Below, one piece after another: positions 39,976-64,000 of a DNA stretch of 64,000 bases (position 1 is the first letter of the stretch; each line of letters starts with the position of its first letter). Made by a program: the position numbers and the translations under genes. The DNA comes from Hormiphora californensis (lineage: Eukaryota > Animalia > Ctenophora): the NCBI GenBank assembly GCA_020137815.1, contig CM035362.1, forward strand, positions 3,658,001-3,722,000, read 5' to 3'. Below the pieces are notes generated by a model. That model ran no database searches, was not told the DNA's origin, and worked only from the letters and a program-made list of their open reading frames with translations.

Positions 39976-42889
39976 CTAGATGACCTTCCTCTTGTAGTAG
40001 TTCGTCTCGAACACACAGTCGTCCACAATGAAGCTCCACCAGATTACAGTCAGTGGTACTGTTGCAGCGTGCCACAAAGCATGGGCATCAAAAATACCGT
40101 AATAGGGAGGGAAATCGCCCAACTGAGGGGATAGGAGAAATGTTTTAATCTAAATACAGTTGGACCTCGATTTACCGGGATGCTCGGGGGGAAAGAGTTT
40201 CTTCCCGGTAAATAGTGGTTCCGGTAAATCGGGGTCCGACTGTAGTCTAACCACATATAACATAACTACATCGTGTGTGTACCTATATTTCACTTCACTT
40301 ATATGTATGTATACAGGGTCGGATAGTAGTCCACTAATAGTAGTGGCACACCATATTTGGGCATACACTACTTACCTCAAGAAGCAAGAGAGTTACCTAA
40401 AATCACCTTATTTGGGCATTATACTTACTTCAAGGAGAAGAGCAAGGGAGGAGCCCACAATCACCATCACGGCTTTCTTGACATGTGCTCGATAGCTCCA
40501 GTTCCAGAGACCCCAACCGAGCAAAATGCAGTGGTGAGTGACACCTGGGAGAGAGGGGAGTTATTGACTACACCATGGTAACCATGGTAACTATCATAAT
40601 GGTAACCATGGTAACTATCATAATGGTAACCATGGTAACTATCATAATGGTAACCATGGTAACTATCATAATGGTTACCATGGTAAATATCATAATGGTA
40701 ACCATGGTAACTATCATAATGGTAACCATGGTAACTATCATAATGGTTACCATGGTAACTATCATAATGGTAACCATGGTAACTATCATAATGGTAACCA
40801 TGGTAAATATCATAATGGTTTATGGTAACCATGGTAACTATCATAATGGTAAAAGTACTACAAGATGCAGTGGTGAGTAACACCTGGGAGAGAGGGGTCA
40901 TTGACATATAATTAATTAATTTAACAACACTCAGTAACCCGTAAGGACTGTTTGTTTTTAATTTCAGCTTTGGGTTTACTCAAATATAATCATAATAACC
41001 GGTACAGTCGGACCCCGATTTACCGGGATGCTCGGGGGAAAGGGTTTTGCCCGGTAAATCGGGGTGCCCGGTATATCGGGGTGATATACTCTTAATTTCT
41101 TAAATCGGGGGAAGTTTTTCCTCCCGGTAAATCGGGGTACCGGTAAATCGGGGCCCGGTAAATCGGGGTCCGACTGTATTTGACCCCGATATACCGGGCA
41201 CCCCGATTTACCGGCAAAAACCTTTCCCCCGAGCATCCCGGTAAATCGGGGTCCGACTGTATTTCGTGTTTACTTACCAATAAACACGTTGAACTTCATG
41301 TTGTATCCGTAGTCAATCTTCTTGTAAAACCCAAGGTTATATGCGTGGTACAGGAATAACATGAAAATTGGCACTCCGTACTTATAATTCCTGGAAATCG
41401 GAAATGAGATGATTTGTGGTTTTGTCTTGCCACATCAATCACATGATACATATCACGAAACAACCTTCGAATTTAAATTATCCCGAAAAATTTTGAAACA
41501 CAACTTACAGTTTATTCTTTATTTTTCCATACTGATCTCTCCCAGAGATCCGAAGTAACATGCAGTACAGGGACAACATAACCATTGTACTGGCACCCAA
41601 ATAGTCCAAGATTTCTGTTGTGATCGTATCTTTGGCGTGGAAGAGAAATGAAACAAACCAGGTGATGAGACAAACCTGCAAGTAAACAACCAATCAGAAC
41701 TCGTTATTTAGGTCACGTGACTGGTTATCAGCCAATCAGGGACCAGTACTATTTCCTTATTCGGTCGGTTGCTGATATGAAATTTAGGGAAGGTGTATCG
41801 AAAAACTTTTTAGGGTCGCGTTTAGCGGTACATATCTAGGTACAAATTATGATTCATAAAGGATTATTGTTGAGGTGATACACAACTATTAATATCTCTC
41901 AGGGTCAGCGTTTGTGGGAATGTAAGTTGTGCACAAGTGCAACAAACATTTTGCAACTTTGTAGCGTGGTCCAAAAATAGTGAATCGGCGAGAAAAAGTT
42001 TGAAAAATGCGGAAGCCGAATTACTGATACCATTTTTACACCATTACAGACACAAAATGGGACAGGAGCGTGTAATGTGAGAGAAACGGGAAGAAAAGAG
42101 AGGGAATGAAAAGTACTGAGCAAAAAGTGATAGACAGAAATTGTGAAATTTGAAAAGTAGAGGAAGGAAATGAAAATGAAATGGATTGAGGCCGAGGGAA
42201 ATGAAAAAGGGGGAGTAAATAACAAAATCCACTTACGATTCCATAAGCAAGCCACGTATGGAAAAGCACATAGGTGACAGGAACTCTAGCGACCAAATTA
42301 GAAATTCCCAGGAATACAGCGAAGCCGTTGAGAAAGGAAAAGAAAACTGATGCGGGTTCCTGGAGACCTAACCATCGCTTGAACGCCCACTGAAGAAATA
42401 AAATATTTATCCTTCCGTAGATTAATCAAATATTGATTCACTATAGGTAATTGAAAACTATTCATAGGTCCAAGTTATTACAAGAAAACACTCAGATTTT
42501 CACCTTTCCATTGTACTGGTAAACTTGAAGATTCTTTGATTGTCGCTTTTCTGTAATTTCAACTGCACACCTGTACTGACAGTCGCTGAGACAGTCCCAC
42601 CCGAATATCTGATGAGGCGAGTTTCATTAACACCCTTTATGATATCTACTACTTGACTAAATTAAGCTAAAGAAACACTGTTGAGCACTCGTTTCAACAT
42701 CCCATGTTATCAATTACTATTTAGCCTTTGTTAGGAGCACATTCTTACCTTAAGAGACATATCGAATGCATTGTAATCACATGCCCTCATTTTCTCCGTG
42801 ACACAGTCCCGGTATTCATGTGTTTGGTCGCCATACGACGACAAAACAGGCAGAATGGCCACAGCGGCCAGCACCAAAATGGACCTCAT
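39976..42889 (-). CDS. PGAP3: Post-GPI attachment to proteins factor 3 (Per1-like GPI phospholipase A2, CREST family)
   Basis: Signal peptide + SYGD..YRDC; GWDCLSDCQYRC; QYNGKWAFKRWLGLQEPASVFFSFLN; SFLFHAKD...TEILDY; IDYGYNMKFNV; DFPPYYGIFDAHALWH; C-terminal KRKVI (KxKxx). Stop at 39976-39978. Confidence 0.95.
40573..40852. repeat. 24-bp minisatellite (GGTAACCATGGTAACTATCATAAT), about 11 copies, in a PGAP3 intron
   Basis: Direct inspection; bracketed by a duplicated acceptor/exon start. Confidence 0.95.
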
Positions 42890-44495
42890 GATGCAACTGG
42901 TACCCACGAACAACTAATAATTCGTATAAACCTCTTACACGGAAAGTAAGAATAGCAAAGGTTTGAAGATTAGAGCTGTAGAGAGGAATAGAGGATGCAG
43001 ACGAGTAAAAAACTCTAAAGAACTGTAAAGAAAATTTTGAACTTGAGCGAGCTGAGTTTTCGCCGGAATTTTTTTGTCGCGACTACGATCGAGAAATTTA
43101 CGGTGCCAATAACGTAACACGCGAAAAATCTGAGTTTAACGCTGCCACTTGCGGCGCGCGATTGTTTTTCTCTTCCGACTTAAAGTCCGTTTCAAGCGAC
43201 TTGACCCGTAAAGTCGGATTTTTTGAAGTTGTCACCCCCCTTTTCGTGCCCTGTAAAGTCGGATTTTTTGAAACTGTCACCCCCCTAGAGTTTTCAAATT
43301 TCTTTAAATGACCATAAGTCCGGTTCCTGATGAGATAGAGACTTGAAATTTGGAAGTTACGAAGATCTTGCTAAGTTCTTCCGAACCTCCAAATTTCAAG
43401 TCTCTATCTTATCAGGAACCGGAGATATGACAAATTTTTTATTTCAGGGGGGTGACAGTTTCAAAAAATCCGAGTATACTTGGCCGAGATCTGCCACTCG
43501 CGTGGCAGATTCCGGCCAATAATTTTAAGGACATGTTTATTTTTATTTTGAAATAAATTTTCTATAAAACTTCAAGCAAAAATATTTCACTTGACTAAAA
43601 AAACACTTGGCCGGAATCTGCCACCGTTCCTTCACAGGCGCCCTAACTATGAAAAATTATTGTCTAGATTCTGTATCAGTCTAGATTCTGTAATTATTAT
43701 CCAGACTCGAAAAAAATCTTTAAAAATGGATGGGCGACGTTACGATCTGGGTGTTTAAAGGCCTGTTTACAAATTGCAGGTGCATACTGCCAAAAGTACC
43801 CTGTACCCTACTGAAGTTGCTTGCGCGAGTTTGAAAATACGCGGCAAATTCAATATTTTACGTAACCCGCGAACAAATCCCAATAAAACGATGAATCGCG
43901 CGCGCCGCGCTGTTGAGTTTGTTGGAGTTTGTATGTAATGAGCATATAAAGTCGGATTTTTTGAAGTTGTCACCCCCCTTCTCGTGCGCGGAATGTTTTT
44001 GCGCGTCACATCACATGTTAACGTGTGGTGTGCGCGTCAAAATTGATAAATTTGACATGCGCGGTCGTTTGGGGGTGACAACTTCAAAAAATCCGACTTT
44101 ACTCCATTTTTTTTCAACTGTTCACCCCCCAAAGTCGTGCGCGGAATTGTTTTGCGCGTCTATCACATGTTAACGTGTAGCGCGCGCAGCGTAAATTAAA
44201 ATATCGCACGCGCACGAGTTGGAGGGTGAACAGTTGAATAAAAATGGACTTTACTCGGAAATGTTCAGGTAGTGCACAGGTCGAGAACACAGGTAGTGCA
44301 CAGTCACGCGCAAATCAAAATCAGGTAAGTCACATTGATGAGCCGCGCGAGTTTGAAAAATAAATTAAAAATGTCTGGAATCTGTTTTTTTCATCGCAGA
44401 CCTTCTCCACGACCGTGTCCAGACCTTGTGCTGACCTTGTGCTGACCTTGTGCTCGACCTCGTGCTCGACCTCGTGCTTGATCTCGTGCTTGACC

Positions 44496-44618
<123 letters not shown>

Positions 44619-45155
44619 CTATCTTTTGTATGTCCCTTACCTCTGTTAGGCCGGTTGTCGATTGGGTTGGGTTGAGGTTTACCATATTAAATGTACCAGA
44701 ACGCCCTATACCAAGTTAGGGCCTAACATTTACCGCTTACCGATGTGAAAGCCACCCTTTCCATTTAGGATGTTTGTAAAAATGAAAAAAAACAGGATAA
44801 ATTAGTAAAACTACAATCCCAGAAGCAGTTGGAGGTGTTTACTATAACTATCCTGATGGAGGAGCTTGAGGATATTCACTAAAATGATATCCTTGACTTT
44901 ACTCATAACTCCAGGTAAGGTCCGCCGGCTACCTCCCCCTGGCCCCTCCCCTACCCCTGGACGTCATCTTTGAATCACCCATTTATGTCTAATTGGCTTT
45001 CTTTTCTTCATGAGTCCTCCCTGTGTCGAACAGCTGGGAAGCAGAACTGTCCCAACGAGGGCGCCACCCAAATACCATTTCTTTTCTTCGCTTCAATTAG
45101 GTTTATCTGTCTCTAGTCATGAATGTGCGTTTTGCATGGAGATGGAGAGATGGAT

Positions 45156-45545
45156 AATAAGGAACCATAATAAAGTTCAAGAGCCTCCAAGAGCACCCAA
45201 GAGCGCACCCGATCGAAGAGAGACCACACCTGAGAGCGCACCACACCCAAAAGAGACCACATCCAAGAGCGCACCACCTCCAGAAGACACCACTTCAAGA
45301 GCGCACCACATCAATGAGAGCTCCCCATCCAGAAGATACCACGCGCAGGGGACACCACGCGCAGAAGAGACCAGCGCGGCGTTGTATTTGCGCGTGCGGT
45401 CTCTTCTGCGCGTGGTGTCCCCTGCGCGCGGTATCTTCTGGATGGGGAGCTCTCTTTGGTGTGGTGCGCTCTTGGAGTGGTGTCTTTTGGAGGTGGTACG
45501 CTCTTGGATGGGGTGCGCTCTTGAACTTTATTATGGTTCCTTATG
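45156..45545. repeat. About 390-bp palindromic foldback
   Basis: ATAAGGAACCATAATAAAGTTCAAGAG is inverted at 45517-45544; near-perfect inner arms at 45316-45377 / 45398-45453. Confidence 0.85.
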
Positions 45546-45854
45546 ATATGAAGAGATGGAGAGATGGAGAGATGGAGAGATGGAGAGATGGAGAGATGGA
45601 GAGATGGAGAGATGGAGAGATGGAGAGATGGAGAGATGGAGATGATGGGTTTGGGAGGGGAGGGGGATGCGGAGGGGGAGGGGTGTGGTAGTAGTGGATG
45701 TTTGTGTGGGGTGTCTGTGTGTGGGTCACCATGAACTGATTTGTAATCTCTAAATTAGGCGATCTAATTTAGGCCCTACCCAGTACCCCACATCAGCGGA
45801 GAAAACCTTACTCTCGTTAATTAAGCTCGCATATTTCAAGAAACTTTTCAATAA

Positions 45855-46125
45855 TGGTCACCACACACCTAAGTTAAAATTAAAATTAAAATTTTGATTT
45901 TAAACCCGCACACACCAGCGGCCATTAAAATTTCTCCCCCCCATTCTAAAAGTAACAATCTTGCTCGTGATTTTGACAGCTTGTTAAAATTTTGTCATCC
46001 AACGCGACCGTCAAAATCGTGCGTGAGATTGATACTTTTAGAATGGGGAGAGAAATTTTAACGGCCGTTGGTGTGTGCAGGTTTAAAATCAAAATTTTAA
46101 TTTAAACTTTGGTGTGTGGTGACCC
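45855..46125. mobile_element. PIF/Harbinger-type foldback MITE
   Basis: GGTCACCACACAC termini, TAA on both sides, whole element self-complementary. Confidence 0.75.
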
Positions 46126-46572
46126 TAAGAAACTTTTTTCTAGGAAACTTCAAGTGTAAGCAATCCAAAAACAAAAAGAATTTCTTCTATATCAAGAAAC
46201 TAAACAAGTTAGGGGGTTTCTATTTTGTTGTGATGATGACAGTAGATAAATGTAGGATTTCCTAAAACCTGCTCCCAACCTCCGTACTGATATCTAATCT
46301 CTTCATTAGGCCCTACCTCACCACGTCCCAACAACCGATAAAAAAAACTAAATAGATGTTGGATGTCCCTAAACCTGCTCCCATCCTTTGTACTGACTAC
46401 TGATATATTCTCTCCTCATACAGGGTCGAGACAATGATATCTATTTGTTTGGAATATGACCAGATAATATATGGGATCGCCTCATAACAAGCACAAAGCT
46501 GACAAAAAGCCCAGGCCCAGTACACGATATTATTAACCCTGTGCGATAGAAATTGGTAAGTCTCGTTAAAGT

Positions 46573-46907
46573 CAGAGTAGACAGAAAAAGAATTGGACAA
46601 GCCTGATTGATGTAGTAGAGCAGAACTTTCCGAGTATTTTCACTTTTCCCGCTCTCAAAAGATACATTCCTCGCTCTATTATATTTGTTACCAGGGGGCT
46701 GGAACTCTATCTCGCTATGTTCTGTGGGCACTGGGCGTGTATGCCCGAACAGTGAACTTGCCCCGCCGTGTGTATAATAGAGAGCAATTTCACAGCGAGG
46801 AATGTATCATTGTATCTTTTGAGAGTGGGAAAAATGGAAAATACTCGGAAAGTTATATGCTCTACTACCTCAATCAAGCTTCTCCAATTCTGCTTCTGTC
46901 CACTCTC
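46573..46907. repeat. Imperfect inverted repeat with about 100-bp arms
   Basis: 46573-46675 is inverted at 46794-46907. Confidence 0.75.
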
Positions 46908-48789
46908 ACTTCAATGCGTACGTCAGTATTCCCCACTGACCCGCTTCCTTCATTCATAGCTGTGACATGCATAACTAGAACTGTGACGTGTGTATGTGTG
47001 TGTGTTTATAACTGTGTCAATACATTAATTGTCACTGAAAAGATAGTAATGTTGTTACTGTCCGAGTTATCTAGCTTATTCGGGTTTATAAATAAAAATA
47101 TCAATATCCCCTATAACAAATGAAATTTTCATTTGTTATTGGAGATATTTCTTTGAAAAGGGAGCAAGTTTACGGGTGTAGTTGTACCATAGTTTTGTGT
47201 TAGGACTAAAGTCGGATTTTTTGAAACTGTCACCCCCCTAGGGTTTTCAAATTTCTTTAAATGACCATAAGTCCGGTTCCTGATGAGATAGAGACTTGAA
47301 ATTTGGAAGTTACGAAGATCTTGCTAAGTTCTTCCGAACCTCCAAATTTCAAGTCTCTATCTTATCAGGAACCGGAGATATGACAAATTTTGTTATTTCA
47401 GGGGGGTGACAGTTTCAAAAAATCCGATTATATCCCCTATAACTGTGTTACTGTTATTGTAAACTTAAAGTGTAAATTGTTTTTTCCATTTCAGTAACTG
47501 AAGGAGCTGCTAGTGCAAATCGATATGTGGAGGACTACAAAGATATATACAGAGGACTACAAGTACAAGTGCAGTGCAAGGGGAACGCTAATGTCTAATG
47601 AAGCCGGCTTATCAATTATTGGCGTAATGACGTGGCTGCTCTGACTTACGATGACATTGGATCTGGTATTAATAAAGATTTGACTGTACAAAGACCATAA
47701 AAAGGCCATGGACTTTATATTCTAAAAGTGTACTCGAAGCTTATAAGAAGAGTCATACGACATACGGGCTGTGATTGTGGCCGTGATGAGCTGTCGAGGT
47801 GAGAGGATGTAGATTTCATGGGTGTAAAGTAACTGTGAAAGTTTTGTTTTCTCCTTTTGGTCGGGATACGAAATTAATTTTAGTAGGGTTTTATTGTAGA
47901 ACAACGTTCTACAACATGATATCAAAACCCGTCTAGTACCCTAGTACTCATTTCATAAAGCTGGTCAGTGGTCCAGATCCGGTCGGAAGGAGAAAACACA
48001 GCTTCCTCATTAATTATGCAGCTAATCAACAATTTTATCTCAATAGCTGAGAAACTGATACTGATAGTTCCCATAATTTATGTGAAAAATGCGGATCTGT
48101 GTGTTATATTTATAATTATCAATTGCCATGCTATTCATTATCATATTTTTAATTTTGTTACCTTATTTATAAAACTAAAAGATGTTTTTAATTTGACTCC
48201 CTAAACTGGCGAAAAAAGGAAGATGCTACTGGTTCAATGTTTCAAACATTGTTTGGTAATGTCATGTTATTACTTGTTGTTCATCAGCACGCTGCCGTCT
48301 GCCCTGGTAAATTGAAGCCAGGGCGCGAATTTTTGTCCGTTTGTCTGTATGTGACTTGATGGGAGAAACGGCTGACGCGGAGATCAACTCTGTGGGAATT
48401 TCGCGCGAGATTTCACCGCGCGCACGTCGTATAGAAGGTCGAGCACGAGGTCGAGCACAAGGTCTGACCACTGCGCGTCGTTGAACCGCCGTTAAGCCGC
48501 AGCGCGAAAAAGAGTGCTAACAATGACCGGACCTTGTGCTCGACCTTGTGCTCGACCTTCATGTGCTCGACTTGGCATGCGCTGCAGACCCCAAGTGCGC
48601 GCGTTTTCCACGGCTTTAAGGGCCTGTAGCATAGGCCAAGTGCTCGACCTGAACATTTCCGAGTATGCTCATTGAGGATTTCCAAAGTTCCAAAAACTTA
48701 GACCAAACTTTTAACTTCGTTGTCTCCGAACTGATCAAGCTCTCATGCCTGGATACTAGCCCAATAGAGAGTTTCATGATCAACTCGAG

Positions 48790-61921
<13,132 letters not shown>

Positions 61922-63081
61922 TGTTGCAGGGCCATTGTGCAAACAGCAGCATGAGGGCCGTTTGATAATGATGTGCAACAAGGGCTAATAAAATATCAAG
62001 ATTTACCCCCGTGCATGGTGTTGAGTTGTTCTCATTTTCCTGCAATACATGACACGCCCTTGGCAAATTCATATCTGGGAGATTTAGTTACATTTTCCTT
62101 CTGAAATTGTTCTGTCTTCACGTTCCAGTGACAGATCATTACCACTCGAAATAATGACATTTTTATTAGGGACAATTTTCTCTTTCCCTCTCTCTATCTC
62201 TTTATCTCTCTCTGTCTCTCTCACTCTCTATCTATCTCTCTCTCTCTCTCTCCTCGTCTTGACAGCCCTCTTCCAGCCCAATACTCATTTGAGTTTTGAC
62301 GTCTACTCGCCGAGACACAGGAAAGTGATCTCTCAACACTTCAAGAGAGATAGGTTAGAGGAAAAAAGATAGAGTATATACAGAGAGAGAGAGAGATAGG
62401 TAGAGGTAGAGTAGAGAGATATATAGAGTAAAGAAAGAGAGAGAGAGAGATAGAGTAGAGAGAAGGCAAGAATAATGATTTCTTTTTTCACTGTCATGTT
62501 TCCTGTTGTTTCAGCTGTTCCTTAGTTGTTAATAACATGGGATACTGATCAAAGTTACTTTTTTACTTCCTTTTCTCTCTTTCCCTCCCTCTCTCTCTCT
62601 CTATCTATCTCTCTCTCTCTCTCTCTATCATTCTCTATCTCATTCTCTCTTTTTTCATCTCGTTACTCTTTGTAAGCTATTCTCATTAATTATCCCTGAA
62701 AATAAATCTCCAAACTTTGTACACCAATTATTTTGATTGAGCCTTTTCTCAGAATTATTGTTGCTTCTTCCCTGTTTTAGTGGCGAATCGTGCTCTCGCG
62801 AAATCTTAGTGTGGTATATTCAAATATATATATTACTCTCTCTCTTAATTCCTCTTCCCCCTTTCTCTCTATCTATCTCACCCCTTTCTATCTTTCTCTC
62901 TCTCCCTTTCTATGCTGATCTCTCTCTTTTTCTCTCTCTCTCTCTCTGTTTCTCTCTCTTTCTATGTTTCTCTCTCTCTATGTTTCTCTCTCTCCCATTG
63001 CAGTTAATTGCAGTCGCTTCCTGGCTCACTAGCCATGTACTAAGCTCAGTTAGTTCTACCCAGGCCTTGAGCTCTCTCAAG

Positions 63082-63164
<83 letters not shown>

Positions 63165-64000
63165 TCCCTCTCCCTCTCCCTATCTCTCTCTCTCCCTATC
63201 TCACTATCCATCTTGCTCAGCAACAATTCTCTTGTGTTAGCTTTTCTTTTGCGCCTCTCATTCCTCACGATTATGCTGAATTCATACTTGGTTACGAAGT
63301 CACCCCTTTTATTGCCATAACAGAGGGGTAATTTCATTACCAAAGTTCATACAGAGTTTCAAACTCTGATATTGGAAGGGTACAATCGGTCTGACTTTGT
63401 AAAACCGATCGTTTCTTCTAACACAGTTTAGGTGGTCGGGGCGGAACTTTTTCTTTTCTCGTCTGCCCTCCTGGGCCACAATCCCACCATCTCTATAAGT
63501 ACCAACTACATTGTGTTTTGCGATAGTTCCATTTGGTTTTATTCCATGCACCCGGTTAAAGGAGAAGAAGAAGAAAAAGAAGAGGAGAAGGAAAATGAAT
63601 TTTTCTGCATTCATTTCAATTTTGTTGCATGGGAGTGAGAGGGAGAGGGAGGAAGAGAGGAATAGAGGGAGAGATCAGTGCACTTTACTTCGACAATTTT
63701 CGTAGACAGTCTCTTTAAAATACCTCTCTACTTTTCCTCTTTGTTTCTCCTTCTCCTCGTTTGTTCCTCTCGTTTTTAATTTTCTGCCTAGTTCTTTTCT
63801 AAATTTCCTAAGCTAACGAACATTCAATCTTTTAATCAACTTTATTTCAGTTACTTTTGTAATACACTGAGTTTGGTTTCTTTGTGCCATCTTGATGCTT
63901 TTCTAGTTTGCATTTTCCATTAACTGTTAATCTTTCTAGAATGAAAATAAATTAGCTCAGTATGAATATACTCAGCTGAAAAAATGTATTTTTATCCCCT

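Noticed and set aside
40467-40907. His/Tyr-rich ORF (YHGYHYDS)n resembling a metal-binding protein
   Set aside because: Intronic 24-bp minisatellite, open in several frames by chance.
63200-63614. Possible piggyBac transposase remnant (DRFYKVRP, GTIAK, KRGDF on the minus strand)
   Set aside because: The motifs are short, out of the expected order, and no TTAA/TIR boundaries were found; needs tBLASTn before it can be called.

Overview
Eukaryotic (animal) genomic DNA with spliceosomal GT-AG introns, abundant (GA/TC)n microsatellites and MITEs. The repeat families and the lineage-specific secreted domain suggest a ctenophore (Pleurobrachia-like); this is recognition from memory and was not searched. 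Minus strand: a highly divergent IP3-receptor/ryanodine-receptor-family Ca2+-release channel gene (3998-19075), kinesin-1 heavy chain (21926-37436) and PGAP3/Per1 (39976-42889). Plus strand: a secreted or GPI-type beta-propeller + LDLa gene (about 48790-61921) with two antisense genes nested in its introns (a small cationic WSC-like protein and a sushi-domain protein). Best observations: (1) a 1.5-kb non-coding retroelement inserted in a (GA)n tract whose 5' end folds by hand into an HDV-like self-cleaving ribozyme and whose 3' end matches an R4/Dong-type restriction-endonuclease retrotransposon fragment in the same gene; (2) the ITPR-like channel appears to lack the IP3-binding basic residues, the GGGVGD filter and the C-terminal coiled coil; (3) repeated duplication or amplification of 3' splice-acceptor cassettes, including an array of about 40 copies; (4) a 109-bp hAT-type MITE carrying CCAAT/E-box motifs with strong orientation bias. 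The first 2.8 kb and several 1-bp frameshifts look like long-read consensus errors. All translations, alignments and folds were done by eye.
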